Positions 51,540 to 62,113 of a DNA stretch of 64,000 nucleotides are shown in pieces. Both the position numbers and the translations under genes were made by a program. Every line of letters starts with the position of its first letter. Position 1 is the first letter of the stretch. Source of the DNA: an uncultured Verrucomicrobiae bacterium (lineage in GTDB: Bacteria > Verrucomicrobiota > Verrucomicrobiia > Limisphaerales > Palsa-1400); contig CAVPOM010000010.1 of assembly GCA_963707025.1 (NCBI GenBank), positions 186,809 through 250,808 on the forward strand, written 5' to 3'. Below the pieces are notes generated by a model. That model was not told the DNA's origin and searched no databases. It saw nothing but the letters and a program-made list of their open reading frames with translations.

Positions 51540-51932
51540 TCAAGTCTGGGCGGCCAAGCCTGTTTGAATTGGAGGCGGAGAATCCGGAATGAGGGCCGGC
51601 TTGGACAAGGTTAACAGCATGGAGAATTGCTCCGTGGCCATCACCGCATGCGGGAGATTGGGCGGCATATACAACAGATCGCCGGTTTTCAGGTTGCGCG
51701 GCACGCCCGCCAGGGAGAATTCACAGGAGCCGGACAGAATCTGAATCAGCGCGTGCTGGGTGGAGGTGTGTTCGGTCAATTCCTGGCCCTGCGCGAAACC
51801 GAACAGCACCGTTCGTGACCAGGCGGTGCGCAGCAGAGTGCGGCTGACAATGCCGTTGGGCGCGTACTGGGTTTCGCCGGGCAGCGAGAGGACTTTCTCG
51901 CGCCCGGAATCAATGAGCGGTTGTTCATTCAT
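51540..51932 (-). CDS. Cupin domain protein
   Basis: FAQGQELTEHT, GDLLYMPPNLPHAV. Confidence 0.88.
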   Translation of the reverse strand: MNEQPLIDSGREKVLSLPGETQYAPNGIVSRTLLRTAWSRTVLFGFAQGQELTEHTSTQHALIQILSGSCEFSLAGVPRNLKTGDLLYMPPNLPHAVMATEQFSMLLTLSKPALIPDSPPPIQTGLAAQT

Positions 51933-51966
51933 GGGTGCAAAATAACCGCTGGCCGCGATTCGCGCT

Positions 51967-51980
51967 TTGACCTGCGTCAA
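51967..51980. promoter_or_regulatory. Crp/Fnr-type box
   Basis: TTGACCTGCGTCAA upstream of the cupin/DUF2249 operon. Confidence 0.75.
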
Positions 51981-52220
51981 AGAATCCTCATTTCCCCGAT
52001 CCCGCCTTGACCGGCCTGAAACGAAGCCGCGAATGAAACTCCCCCTTGGAAAGCGGAAACAACCGCTTTTTATCCATGGAATGTCCGACGTCAGGGTTGG
52101 GGTGTTCACCCCATCGTGACACCGCCGCCTCTTGGTTAGCGTTGCTCAAAGGCCCGCCGCAGGCCAACACCTTCGGAAACATTGAGCTCAAACTGTCCCA
52201 TTGCTCAAAATGTCAATTCT

Positions 52221-52234
52221 TTGACTTGCCTCAA
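52221..52234. promoter_or_regulatory. Crp/Fnr-type box
   Basis: TTGACTTGCCTCAA upstream of nirK. Confidence 0.72.
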
Positions 52235-52269
52235 AGAATCCCAATTGGTTCTGCGGTAATGTTGCCCTT

Positions 52270-53814
52270 GTGAAGACCATGATTATTCGATCAATCCCAG
52301 TCCTGGCCGGCTTGGCATTCCTTGCCAGCGGCAACCTGTCATCTGTTTATGCGCAAAACGAAATCGCCGCGCGGACCAACCTCGAAAACCTGATTGACCC
52401 GGAAGTCAGCGGCGTGGAAACCGCCATCGTTGCGCAAGCGCCCAATGTTCCTCCGCCCATCAAGCGCAAACACGCCACGAAAGTAACCGTCAATCTGGAG
52501 GTCAGAGAGGTGACCAAGCGTCTGGCGGATGGTGTTGATTATGTCTTTTGGACGTTTGGCGGCGACGTGCCGGGGAGTTTCATTCGCATCCGCGAAGGCG
52601 ATCAGGTGGAGTTCCACTTGAACAACCATCAGAACAACAAGATGCCGCACAGCATTGACTTGCACGCGGTCAGCGGGCCGGGCGGTGGCGCGGCTTCGTC
52701 GTTTACCGCTCCGGGACATTCGTCACAGTTCTCCTTCAAGGCCCTTCATTCCGGGCTTTTTGTGTATCACTGCGCGACTGCGCCGGTTGGCATGCACATC
52801 GCCAGCGGCATGTATGGGTTGATTCTGGTCGAGCCGCCGGGAGGTTTGCCGCCGGTGGATCGGGAGTATTACGCCATGCAGGGCGAGTTTTACACCACGG
52901 GCCAGTACGGCGAGGAAGGCTTGCAGGGTTTCGACATGAACAAGGCGGTGGACGAGAAACCGCCGTATGTGGTGTTCAATGGCGCGGTGGACTCGCTCGT
53001 TGGCGATCGGGCCATGACTGCGAAAGCCGGCGAAATCGTCCGGCTATTCTTCGGCAACGGCGGGCCGAATCTTACCTCCTCGTTTCACATCATCGGCGGA
53101 CAATTCGACACGCTCTACGAGGATGGCACCATGACCAACATATTGCACAACGTTCAAACCACGGCGGTGCCACCCGGCTCGGCGGTGGTGGTGGATTTCA
53201 GGCTACAGGTGCCCGGCACGTATGTTCTGGTGGATCACGCCATCTTCCGCGCGTTCAACAAGGGCGCATTGGGCATGTTGAAAGTGGACGGCCCGCCCGA
53301 CCTGCTCGTCTATTCGGGCAAGGAGGTGGATGCCACCTACATTGGCAAGGCGGCCGACGCCGGCTCGGAAGCGGAAAAGAAAGTCGCCGCGTTGAAGGCG
53401 GAAGTCGCCCGGGAGATAACCAGCAACCCAAAAATCGCCGATTTGAACAAGCAGATTCAAATCCAGAAAGGCAAGACGGTTTATATGCAAACCTGCTTTG
53501 TCTGTCACCAGCCCACTGGCCAGGGCATCCCGGACCAGATCCCTCCGCTGGCGCTTTCGGACTTTCTGGCGGGCAAAGACAAGGAGAACATTATTCGCGG
53601 CGTGCTGATGGGCCGCACCGGCAAGATCACCGTCAACGGCAAAACCTACAGCGGCACCATGATACCCCTGAGTTACCTGACGGACGAACAAGTCGCCAAC
53701 GTGCTGACCTACGTGCGCAACACTTGGGGCAATTCGGGTGACGCCGTGACCGTGCCGGAAGTCGTCAAGATTCGGCATGAATCCGGTCCGCCGCCGGCTA
53801 ATCCTTATGAATGA
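52270..53814 (+). CDS. nirK: Copper nitrite reductase (AniA-like) fused to C-terminal cytochrome c
   Basis: [38 protein letters not shown] heme-binding motif; signal peptide. Confidence 0.95.
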   Translation: MKTMIIRSIPVLAGLAFLASGNLSSVYAQNEIAARTNLENLIDPEVSGVETAIVAQAPNVPPPIKRKHATKVTVNLEVREVTKRLADGVDYVFWTFGGDVPGSFIRIREGDQVEFHLNNHQNNKMPHSIDLHAVSGPGGGAASSFTAPGHSSQFSFKALHSGLFVYHCATAPVGMHIASGMYGLILVEPPGGLPPVDREYYAMQGEFYTTGQYGEEGLQGFDMNKAVDEKPPYVVFNGAVDSLVGDRAMTAKAGEIVRLFFGNGGPNLTSSFHIIGGQFDTLYEDGTMTNILHNVQTTAVPPGSAVVVDFRLQVPGTYVLVDHAIFRAFNKGALGMLKVDGPPDLLVYSGKEVDATYIGKAADAGSEAEKKVAALKAEVAREITSNPKIADLNKQIQIQKGKTVYMQTCFVCHQPTGQGIPDQIPPLALSDFLAGKDKENIIRGVLMGRTGKITVNGKTYSGTMIPLSYLTDEQVANVLTYVRNTWGNSGDAVTVPEVVKIRHESGPPPANPYE

Positions 53815-53857
53815 ACGCGAAAACAATTCACTGGGGAGGCTTATTTTGAAAACCTGG

Positions 53858-54637
53858 ATGCGAAGATTAATCCTCGCACTGATGATGTTGATGGGCACGG
53901 TGGGTCAGAGTTTTGGACAAACGCCGCCCGCAGGGATGGCTTTGATTCCGGATGGCGTCTATCGTCCGCTGTTTCGCGCCGAGTCCGATCCCAAAGAAGT
54001 TATGGTCAAATCCTTCTATCTGGACATCCTGCCCGTCACCAACGGCGGCTTCCTTGAATTCGTTCGCGCCAATCCACGCTGGCGGCGTTCGCAGGTGAAA
54101 AGGGTTTTCGCGGACGAATCGTATCTCAAGAATTGGGCGGGCGATCTCGACCCCGGCACCCATGCGCCCGCCAATGTCCCAGTGACTGAGGTTTCGTGGT
54201 TTGCCGCCAAAGCCTACGCGCAATGGAAGGGAGAACGATTGCCCAGCGTCGCTGAGTGGGAATATGCCGCAGCAGCCAGCCAGACACGCGCGGACGGCAA
54301 GGACGACACCAATTTCACACGCCAAGTGCTCGAATGGTATTCCACTCCCGCGCCGGCGCAGCTTCCCGCCGCCGGCTTGGGCCAGGCCAATTTCTGGGGC
54401 GTTCGCGATTTGCACGGACTGGTTTGGGAGTGGGTCGCCGATTTCAACACCGCGCTGGTCACCGGCGACGCGCGCAGCGATACCGGCCCCGACCGCCAGC
54501 TTTTTTGCGGCGCTGCCTCGCAAGGCGCCACGGACGTTCAAAATTATCCCGCCTTCATGCGCTACGCTTTTCGCAGCAGCCTCAAAGCGAACTACTCCGT
54601 CCACAACCTTGGCTTCCGTTGCGCCAAAGATTTATGA
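53858..54637 (+). CDS. FGE-sulfatase domain protein (NirV-like)
   Basis: PVTN, VSWFAA, RLPSVAEWEYAA, HGLVWEW, LGFRCA. Confidence 0.88.
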   Translation: MRRLILALMMLMGTVGQSFGQTPPAGMALIPDGVYRPLFRAESDPKEVMVKSFYLDILPVTNGGFLEFVRANPRWRRSQVKRVFADESYLKNWAGDLDPGTHAPANVPVTEVSWFAAKAYAQWKGERLPSVAEWEYAAAASQTRADGKDDTNFTRQVLEWYSTPAPAQLPAAGLGQANFWGVRDLHGLVWEWVADFNTALVTGDARSDTGPDRQLFCGAASQGATDVQNYPAFMRYAFRSSLKANYSVHNLGFRCAKDL

Positions 54638-55257
54638 AACCCACGCCAAAATTGATATTCCTCTCACTCGCAATCCTCGCGCTGGCGGGTTGCGCGGCTC
54701 AATCGTCTCCTCGTGCCGCCAAGCCGTCTTGTTGCGCGAAGGCCGAAGTGCCGGCCGCGTTCACCGATAAATCCATTTACCAAACTGAATCCACCTGGGT
54801 GACGGACCAGCGGACGCAAATCAAGTTGGGCGCTCTCGCTGGCCGGCCGCAAGTCGTCGCCATGTTTTTTGCCCATTGTGAGTTTGCCTGCCCGATTATT
54901 GTCAACGATATGAAACGCATCGAAGCGGCGTTGCCAGCGGACGTATCCGGTCGAATCGGTTTCACCCTCGTTTCCTTCGACGCCAAGCGGGACACCCCTC
55001 CGGCGCTGGCCGAGTATAGGAAGACCCGGGATTTGCCGGCGAAAAGCTGGACCTTGATGTGCGGCCGCCCGGACGACGTGCTGGAGTTGGCGGCGCTGCT
55101 CGGCCTGAGCTTCAAAGAGAATGCGGACGGCCAATTTGCCCACTCCAATGTCATCACCATTCTCAACGCGCAAGGCGAGATCGTTCATCAACAGATCGGC
55201 TTGAATCAGGACATCCATGAAACCGTTCGCCTTCTGCAACAACTGGTAAAAAATTAA
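54634..55257 (+). CDS. SCO1/SenC copper chaperone lipoprotein
   Basis: Lipobox LAGC, CEFACP, FAHS. Confidence 0.92.
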   Translation: MKPTPKLIFLSLAILALAGCAAQSSPRAAKPSCCAKAEVPAAFTDKSIYQTESTWVTDQRTQIKLGALAGRPQVVAMFFAHCEFACPIIVNDMKRIEAALPADVSGRIGFTLVSFDAKRDTPPALAEYRKTRDLPAKSWTLMCGRPDDVLELAALLGLSFKENADGQFAHSNVITILNAQGEIVHQQIGLNQDIHETVRLLQQLVKN

Positions 55258-55315
55258 CCCAAGTGAAGAAACACCCAAACAGGATTGCGCCGTCCAACTC
55301 CCGGCAGAGCGGGAA

Positions 55316-55711
55316 TTACGCTTCCGGCACGCGCCTGAACCCGTCCAGCCAGTGGCGCAAGCTCATCACCGGATGCTCCCACACCATGCGCGGTCCAGCG
55401 TGACGCATCACCACCTTGACCTCCTCGCGGCGCGCGCGCTGATAGCAATGGACGGGGCACTTCGCACACGTCGGTTTTTCCGCCCCGAACCGGCATCGTT
55501 CCAGACGCATCCCGGCGTAATCCAAAAGCTCCTGACATTTCGCGCACAGGGCCGCCGCCGTGCCGTGATGATCGCGGCAATGGATTTTGATCATCGCCTC
55601 CAGGGTCTCCCATTCGCGGTTCAACCGTTTGTCGGAGAAAACAACGGTCTTGGTGCCGGGCGTGACGGCGGCAAAGGCCCCCGAGCCGGAGTGTTTAGCA
55701 GTCATTCTCAT
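55316..55711 (-). CDS. YgbA-family (nitrous oxide-stimulated promoter) protein
   Basis: MIKIHCRDHH, LCAKC, KPTCAKCPVHCY, VMRHAGPRM...HP. Confidence 0.88.
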   Translation of the reverse strand: MRMTAKHSGSGAFAAVTPGTKTVVFSDKRLNREWETLEAMIKIHCRDHHGTAAALCAKCQELLDYAGMRLERCRFGAEKPTCAKCPVHCYQRARREEVKVVMRHAGPRMVWEHPVMSLRHWLDGFRRVPEA

Positions 55712-55745
55712 GCCGTTACTTTCGCACATCAACCATCCGCGGCTT

Positions 55746-55815
55746 TTGATGCAGGTCAAGGTTTTGCTCAATTCAGGGCCCGCGAGGGAAAGTGCAATTG
55801 ATTGACTTGAATCAA
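55746..55815. promoter_or_regulatory. Two Crp/Fnr-type boxes
   Basis: TTGATGCAGGTCAA (55746-55759) and TTGACTTGAATCAA (55802-55815). Confidence 0.72.
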
Positions 55816-56034
55816 GCCGGCCTTCGCCAGGGTGAGCGATCATTGCCCTGGAAGAATCAAGTCAAACCTGATCCAGCCATTTTTTGAATTCTCCCTTTTC
55901 CATTCCCCCGGCGGCGTTCTACACTCCTTCCCATGATGCCACAAACCGACCGGACGCGCCTCCTGCAACGAAGCCACGACTTCACCACTGCATCACTCCA
56001 CCACTCCATCACCCCGTCCACTTCCTCCTGATCC

Positions 56035-57402
56035 ATGCGGCCGACTCCGCCATCCAAAACTTCGAAGCCTGTGCCGGCGCAGGACGACTCCGCCCAACCC
56101 CTCCTGTTCGTGGTGCTGGCCGGATTGTTTTTCTTTATCGTCGTGGTCAAGCTGGGCATTCCCGTCGTCCTGGACGACAAGGTGTCACCGACCGACGGCT
56201 GGCTGGATGCCATTTTTGGCTACAACAACTACTCTTGGCAGGATAAATGGGGTTATCTGCTGATGATCCCGGTGCTCGTGGCGGGGCTGCTCGCCGTCCG
56301 CTGGAAGCCATTCCCCGGGAAATGGCCCTGGCTCCTGCTCCTGCCCTTGCTCTGGCTCGGCTGGGAATCCATTTCGGCGGCCGCCAGCAGCTTTCCCGGG
56401 CTGGCCGGTCCGGTGCTGGCTCATTTTTCGGCTTGCGTGGCGTTCTTCTATTTGGGGTTCTTCGCCTTGCGCGGCGTGCGCAATCCCTGGCCGGTCTGGG
56501 CCGGGCTGAGTCTGGCCCTTTGCTGGGTCCTGCATACCGCCATGGTCCAGCACTTTGGCGGCTTGGAGGCAACCCTGAAGTCGGCGCTGGAAGGCAAAGG
56601 AATGGATCAAGCGCCTGGGGTGATGCGCGACACGGCCTTTCTCAACAAGCTCAAGAGCTACCGGGTGTTCGGTTCCTTCATGTATCCCAATGGCTTGGCC
56701 GCTGGACTGCTGCTGTTGCTGCCTGTCAGCCTGGTTTTTCTCTGGCAGGTTGCGCCCAAGGTCCGGGTTGCAATCCGGGTTGTGTTCGTCGCCATCCTCG
56801 GCGGGTGCGGACTGGCCTGTCTGTATTGGTCCGGCTCCAAAGCAGCATGGCTGTTCATGGTTCTCTTGGGTGTCCTCGCGCTCGGCCATTCGCCCCTGAG
56901 GATGGCTTGGAAGCGAACCTTGATCTATGGCTTGATCGCCCTTGGTCTCATTGGTTTCACGATTAAATACGCGGATTCTGCCGCACGCGGCAAGAAGAGC
57001 ATGGAGGCGCGGTTGATCTATTGGCAGGCCGCGCTCCAAATCGCCCGGCAACACCCGATCATCGGCACTGGACCGGGAACATTTGGCACCAACTACACAC
57101 GAATCCAGCCCCCGAACTCTGAATGGGCGGCGCTTGCTCACAACGATTATTTGGAGCAAGCCTCAGATTCCGGAATTATTGGATTTTTGACGTTTTTTTG
57201 CCTGATTGCGGGGTCAATTGCATATCTGTATCGTTATAGATTGATTAAAAAAGGCAAATCATACATGGTCAGATTCGCGGTTTGGCTGGGGTTATTGGGC
57301 CTGTTCCTGCACTCAGGCATGGAGTTCAACCTCTACTATCCGGCACTTGCATGGCCGTCATTTTTTCTTTTGGGATGGCTTTGGGGATTGGATGAGGAGT
57401 GA
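56035..57402 (+). CDS. O-antigen ligase (Wzy_C) family membrane protein
   Basis: RVFGSFMYPN, SGSKAAW, RLIYW, GTGPGTF, AHNDYLE. Confidence 0.88.
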   Translation: MRPTPPSKTSKPVPAQDDSAQPLLFVVLAGLFFFIVVVKLGIPVVLDDKVSPTDGWLDAIFGYNNYSWQDKWGYLLMIPVLVAGLLAVRWKPFPGKWPWLLLLPLLWLGWESISAAASSFPGLAGPVLAHFSACVAFFYLGFFALRGVRNPWPVWAGLSLALCWVLHTAMVQHFGGLEATLKSALEGKGMDQAPGVMRDTAFLNKLKSYRVFGSFMYPNGLAAGLLLLLPVSLVFLWQVAPKVRVAIRVVFVAILGGCGLACLYWSGSKAAWLFMVLLGVLALGHSPLRMAWKRTLIYGLIALGLIGFTIKYADSAARGKKSMEARLIYWQAALQIARQHPIIGTGPGTFGTNYTRIQPPNSEWAALAHNDYLEQASDSGIIGFLTFFCLIAGSIAYLYRYRLIKKGKSYMVRFAVWLGLLGLFLHSGMEFNLYYPALAWPSFFLLGWLWGLDEE

Positions 57403-57604
57403 CAAGTCCGCAGGCGTCAATCAAGGAACCAACGCGGCGAATGGCTTTGGCGATTGGAGGAGGAATGACAGGGTCATTCGGGATAATTCTCCTCGTCACA
57501 ATTCATTTTTCTTTTTGATCCCGTTATCGTTAAAGTTTTATTCTCTGGCTTAAATGGATTCAAAAATGCCTCCTTTTGCTGGCAATTCCTGCTCATTTTA
57601 ATCC

Positions 57605-57633
57605 TTGACGGCTGTTTGCCGAGGCTCTATTCT
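57605..57633 (+). promoter_or_regulatory. Sigma70-type promoter of accBC
   Basis: TTGACG-17bp-TATTCT in an AT-rich intergenic region. Confidence 0.6.
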
Positions 57634-57748
57634 CTGCCGCAACAAAAGTCATGTTCAAAGCAGAGTCGTTACTCGACTACTGCTTTTTTGCTTCAATGCA
57701 TATCAACGAAATAGGCACTTTTAACGTCCGGTTCCGGAAGGAGGATGC

Positions 57749-58231
57749 ATGGATTTAAAAGACATCAAGGCGATCATAGACCTGATGCGGAAGAACAACC
57801 TCTCCGAGTTCGAATTGGAACGTCAGGAATACAAAATCAAACTCAAGCGAGGCGGCGTCGGCGTCCATCCGGTGTCCGAGGAATCCGGTTACTACCCACT
57901 TGCTCCGATCGCCTCCGCTGCGCCTTCGCTGCCCGCCCCGTCGGCAGCGACAGTGCCCGCCACGGCGCCGGCGGCGGCGACAGGGCCCCCGTCGCTGGAA
58001 ATCGAGTCTCCCATGATCGGCACTTTTTACCGGGCGCCTTCGCCGGAATCGCAAAGCTATGTGGAAGTGGGGAGCGAGGTGAACCCGGAAACCATTGTAT
58101 GCCTCATCGAGGCGATGAAAGTGATGAATGAGATTAAAGCCGAAGTCAAAGGGGTCGTCACCCACATTCTCGTCGAAAACGCCAAGCCGGTCGAATTCGG
58201 CCAGCCGCTGTTCCGAATCCGTCCGACCTAA
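57749..58231 (+). CDS. accB: Biotin carboxyl carrier protein
   Basis: [26 protein letters not shown]. Confidence 0.97.
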   Translation: MDLKDIKAIIDLMRKNNLSEFELERQEYKIKLKRGGVGVHPVSEESGYYPLAPIASAAPSLPAPSAATVPATAPAAATGPPSLEIESPMIGTFYRAPSPESQSYVEVGSEVNPETIVCLIEAMKVMNEIKAEVKGVVTHILVENAKPVEFGQPLFRIRPT

Positions 58232-58262
58232 ATCCAGGGTGCCGGCGGCCACGCTCCCAAAC

Positions 58263-59645
58263 ATGTTTGAAAAAGTCCTCATCGCCAACCGCGGGGAGAT
58301 TGCGGTCCGAATCATTCGCGCCTGCAAGGAAATGAACATCCGCACCGTGGCGGTTTACTCCAAGGTGGACATGGATTCCATGCATGTCCAAATGGCCGAT
58401 GAAGCCATCTGCGTCGGCCCAGCGCCGAGCAATGACAGTTACCTGAGGATAGACCGCATTATATGCGCCGCGGAAATAGCCGACGTGGATGCGATCCATC
58501 CCGGTTACGGCTTTTTGTCGGAAAACGCGCATTTCGCCGATATTTGCGAAAACTGCAATATCCGGTTTATTGGCCCCAATTCCCGCGCCATGAACGCGCT
58601 GGAAGACAAGGCGGCCAGCCGCACCCTGGCCAGAAAAGCCGGCGTCCAGACACCGCCGGGCTCGGAAGGCGCGGTGGAAAACGAGCAGGATGCCCTGGCC
58701 GTGGCCAAACGCATCGGCTACCCGGTCATGATTAAAGCCATTGCCGGGGGCGGCGGCCGCGGCATGAGGGCGGCCCATAACGACGGCTCGCTGGTCAAAG
58801 GCTATCACACCGCCCGGAGCGAGGCGGAGAAGGCCTTTGGCAAGTCAGGGGTTTACATCGAAAAATTCATCGAGAACTCCCACCACATCGAATTCCAGAT
58901 CTTTGGCGACAGCAAGGGCAACTTCATCCACCTGGGGGAACGTGATTGTTCGGTCCAGCGGCGCAATCAAAAGCTGGTGGAGGAAACCCCGTCGCCGCTG
59001 CTCGAAACTAAATTCAAGGACCTGCGCAAGAAAATGGGCAAGGCGGCGGTGCGCATCGCCGAAGTGGCCCATTACACCAACGCCGGCACGGTGGAGTTTT
59101 TGGTGGACGAAGAGGGCCGCTTCTATTTCCTGGAGGTCAACAAGCGCATCCAGGTCGAACATCCCATCACCGAGGAGGTCACCGGCCTGGACCTGGTGAA
59201 AATGCAGATTGCCATTGCCATGGGCGAGCCGTTGCGCCTCAAGCAGGGCGACATTCACTTCAAAGGACACGCCATCGAATGCCGCATCAACGCCGAAGAC
59301 CCCTTCGATGATTTCCGGCCCTGCCCCGGCCGGGTGGCCATGTACTACGCGCCGGGGGGACGCGGCGCCCGGGTGGACAGCCATGTCTATGCCGGTTACT
59401 CCATCCCGCCCAACTACGATTCCATGATCGGCAAGCTCATCGCGCACGGCAAAGACCGCCGCGAAGCGATGGACATCATGAGCCGCGCCCTGGCCGAATA
59501 CATGATCACCGGCATCACCACCACCATTGCCTTTGAACAAGCCATTTTGCAGGACCCCAATTTCCGGCGCGGCACCTACTCGACCAATTTCCTCGAACAA
59601 CTCCTCGGCGGCGGCCGCCGGGAATTGCTGGAAGAAAACGCATGA
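58263..59645 (+). CDS. accC: Biotin carboxylase
   Basis: [35 protein letters not shown]. Confidence 0.97.
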   Translation: MFEKVLIANRGEIAVRIIRACKEMNIRTVAVYSKVDMDSMHVQMADEAICVGPAPSNDSYLRIDRIICAAEIADVDAIHPGYGFLSENAHFADICENCNIRFIGPNSRAMNALEDKAASRTLARKAGVQTPPGSEGAVENEQDALAVAKRIGYPVMIKAIAGGGGRGMRAAHNDGSLVKGYHTARSEAEKAFGKSGVYIEKFIENSHHIEFQIFGDSKGNFIHLGERDCSVQRRNQKLVEETPSPLLETKFKDLRKKMGKAAVRIAEVAHYTNAGTVEFLVDEEGRFYFLEVNKRIQVEHPITEEVTGLDLVKMQIAIAMGEPLRLKQGDIHFKGHAIECRINAEDPFDDFRPCPGRVAMYYAPGGRGARVDSHVYAGYSIPPNYDSMIGKLIAHGKDRREAMDIMSRALAEYMITGITTTIAFEQAILQDPNFRRGTYSTNFLEQLLGGGRRELLEENA

Positions 59646-59710
59646 GCAAAGCCTGCTAATTTTCAGCGGCCGGTTTCCACAACTCAACACGGGCGAACTT
59701 CCGCCCCCGC

Positions 59711-60370
59711 ATGAAACCTCTCGCACAGTGCCGTCTCTACACTTTTATTGACACAGCCTGTCTGCGCGGCCGGGCCGCGGCGGCGGTGGCGGAGCAGCTT
59801 TGCCGGGGCGGTTCGGATTTGATTCAATTGCGGGCCAAGGATTGTTCGCCCCGGCAAGTCCGCCAACTGGCCGGGGAAATCCAGCCGGTGCTGCGGCGCG
59901 CCGAGGTCGGTTTGGCCATCAACGATCATTGGGAAATTGCGCGGGAAATGGGCGCGGACTTTTGTCATTTGGGGCAGGAGGATTTTTTCGGGGCCGGGTT
60001 CACGCATGTCTCGCAACTATCCGCCTTGCCGTCCCCGCCGCTGGTTGGCTTGAGCACCCATGCGCCCGAACAGGCCGCGCGCGCGCTGGCCGCCGGGCCG
60101 GCCTACCTCGCCGTCGGCCCGGTTTATGCGACCGCCACAAAACCCGGGGCGCGGCCCGTGACACTGGAGTATGTGCGTTGGGCGGCGGCCCACCTGACCC
60201 TGCCATGGTTTGCCATCGGGGGCATCCACCTGGGAAATCTGGATGAAGTATTGCGGGCGGGAGCGGAACGGATTTGTGTGGTGTCGGCCATCCTCAACGC
60301 GCCGGACGTAGCGCAAGCCTGCCTGGAGTTCAAGAAGCGGATGGCATCTCCAGGCGGGAGCTCGAACTGA
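59711..60370 (+). CDS. thiE: Thiamine-phosphate synthase
   Basis: QLRAK, IND, HLGQED, GLSTH, TATKP, AIGGI. Confidence 0.93.
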   Translation: MKPLAQCRLYTFIDTACLRGRAAAAVAEQLCRGGSDLIQLRAKDCSPRQVRQLAGEIQPVLRRAEVGLAINDHWEIAREMGADFCHLGQEDFFGAGFTHVSQLSALPSPPLVGLSTHAPEQAARALAAGPAYLAVGPVYATATKPGARPVTLEYVRWAAAHLTLPWFAIGGIHLGNLDEVLRAGAERICVVSAILNAPDVAQACLEFKKRMASPGGSSN

Positions 60371-60475
60371 GCATGATTTTGACCGGCGTGCTGATGCGGC
60401 AATTACCAGATCGGATCATCCCTGTTTTGAAGTTCCCTGCTTTTCATCGGTGTCGTCATCGGTTAGCATTAGGCC

Positions 60476-60745
60476 ATGCCGGAATTGAGCCGCTTCTTCG
60501 GGATTATCGTCCGAATGTATGTTGAATTGGGGGCGCATCATCACGTCCCCCATTTCCACGCCTATTACCAGGAAGCGGCGGCGGTCTATGGAATTGAACC
60601 AGTCGAACTTATCAGCGGCGCGCTGCCCAAGCGGCCGCAGCGCATGGTCGAGGCTTGGGCGGAATTGCATCAGGCCGAGTTGCTGGCGGACTGGCAGCGG
60701 TTGCAGGCTGGACAACCTTCCTTGCCTATTGCACCTTTAAGTTAA
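60476..60745 (+). CDS. DUF4160 protein
   Basis: MPELSRFFGIIVRMY, HHVPHFHA, WAELHQAELLADW. Confidence 0.9.
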   Translation: MPELSRFFGIIVRMYVELGAHHHVPHFHAYYQEAAAVYGIEPVELISGALPKRPQRMVEAWAELHQAELLADWQRLQAGQPSLPIAPLS

Positions 60746-60749
60746 GACC

Positions 60750-61052
60750 ATGACCATAAGTCATCCCATCTATCGAGTGACCGCTTTGGAACATCTGGAA
60801 CCGTACACGTTGCGAATCGGTTTTGATGATGCCACGGAGCAAGTCATCCATTTCCTGCCGATGCTGGCTGGGCCTCTCTATGGACCCCTGCGGGATCTGA
60901 CGTTATTTAACCAGGTTCGCATTGATCCGGAAGCCCATACGCTCCTCTGGCCCAACGGCGCGGATTTTGATCCAGAGACGCTCCATAACTGGCCGCAATA
61001 CGCCGGGGCGTGGCTCGCCCAAGCCCGACAGTGGTCGTCCGTCCACGTGTGA
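60750..61052 (+). CDS. DUF2442 protein
   Basis: YTLRIGFDD, PLRD...F, WPNGADFDPETL. Confidence 0.9.
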   Translation: MTISHPIYRVTALEHLEPYTLRIGFDDATEQVIHFLPMLAGPLYGPLRDLTLFNQVRIDPEAHTLLWPNGADFDPETLHNWPQYAGAWLAQARQWSSVHV

Positions 61053-61175
61053 GTTCCAAGGGCCTGTTGCGTCCACGGGGCGGGGAGTTTTCCGCAGCGG
61101 ATTTGAGCGTTCTCTTGAACTTCCCGCGCAGGGCGGTAAGATCGCCGGGCAAACTTTGAAAAATGAATTCTTAAT

Positions 61176-62075
61176 ATGAGCGTGCTGATTGTTGGTTCGA
61201 CGGCGCTGGACTCGATCAAAACGCCGCAGGCGGAGAATCCGCGGCTGCTGGGCGGATCGGCCAGCCATGCGGCCGTGGCGGCCAGTTTTTTCGGGCCGGT
61301 CCGCCTGGTGGGCATCGTGGGCGCTGATTTTCCGGCCCGCTACCTCAAACTTTACCGCCGCCACAAAATTGACCTGGAGGGTTTGCAGATCGCGCCGGGC
61401 AAGACCTTTCACTGGTCGGGCGAATATGAAGTCAATATGAATAATCGCCGGACCCTGGCCACCGAGCTGGGCGTTTTTGAAACCTTCCGCCCCCGGCTGC
61501 CGGAATCGTACCGGGACAGCCGGTTTGTTTTGCTGGCCAACATCGCCCCCTCCCTGCAGGGCCACGTCCTGGACCAGATGCGCCGTCCGAAGTTTGTGGT
61601 GGCGGACACGATGGATTTGTGGCTGAACGTGGCGCTGGCCGATCTGTTGAAGCTGCTCCGGCGCGTGGATGGTTTTGTGCTCAACGAGAGCGAGGCCCGC
61701 CAATTGGCGCAGGAAGACAACCTGGTGCGGGCTGCGCAAAAGATTCACCGCCTCGGCCCCAGGCATGTGATTGTCAAGAAGGGCGAACATGGGGCGCTCC
61801 TCTCCTCCGGGGGCAAACTGTTCCTCGCGCCCGCCTTTCCCCTCCGCCGCGTCGTGGATCCGACGGGCGCGGGCGACTCCTTCGCCGGGGGCATGATGGG
61901 CTGGCTGGCGGCGGCGCGCGGCCCGGCGGAGGCCAACCTGCGCCGCGCCATGCTCTACGGCAGCGCGGTGGCGTCGTTTTGTTGCGAGGGCTTCGGCCTG
62001 GCGGCCACGGCCCGGGCCAGCCGCGCCGCCATCGAAAAGCGCTTCAGGGCATTGCAAGTGTTGACACGATTCTGA
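61176..62075 (+). CDS. PfkB family carbohydrate kinase
   Basis: LGGSA, NESEA, KKGEHG, DPTGAGDSFAGG. Confidence 0.93.
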   Translation: MSVLIVGSTALDSIKTPQAENPRLLGGSASHAAVAASFFGPVRLVGIVGADFPARYLKLYRRHKIDLEGLQIAPGKTFHWSGEYEVNMNNRRTLATELGVFETFRPRLPESYRDSRFVLLANIAPSLQGHVLDQMRRPKFVVADTMDLWLNVALADLLKLLRRVDGFVLNESEARQLAQEDNLVRAAQKIHRLGPRHVIVKKGEHGALLSSGGKLFLAPAFPLRRVVDPTGAGDSFAGGMMGWLAAARGPAEANLRRAMLYGSAVASFCCEGFGLAATARASRAAIEKRFRALQVLTRF

Positions 62076-62113
62076 GGATGTGTCAATACTAATTATTGCG
62101 GCCCCCGGCGTTC

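Noticed and set aside
55370..55387. CCGGATGC as attR copy of the tRNA 3' end
   Set aside because: Only 8 bp match and it lies inside the YgbA-family CDS.
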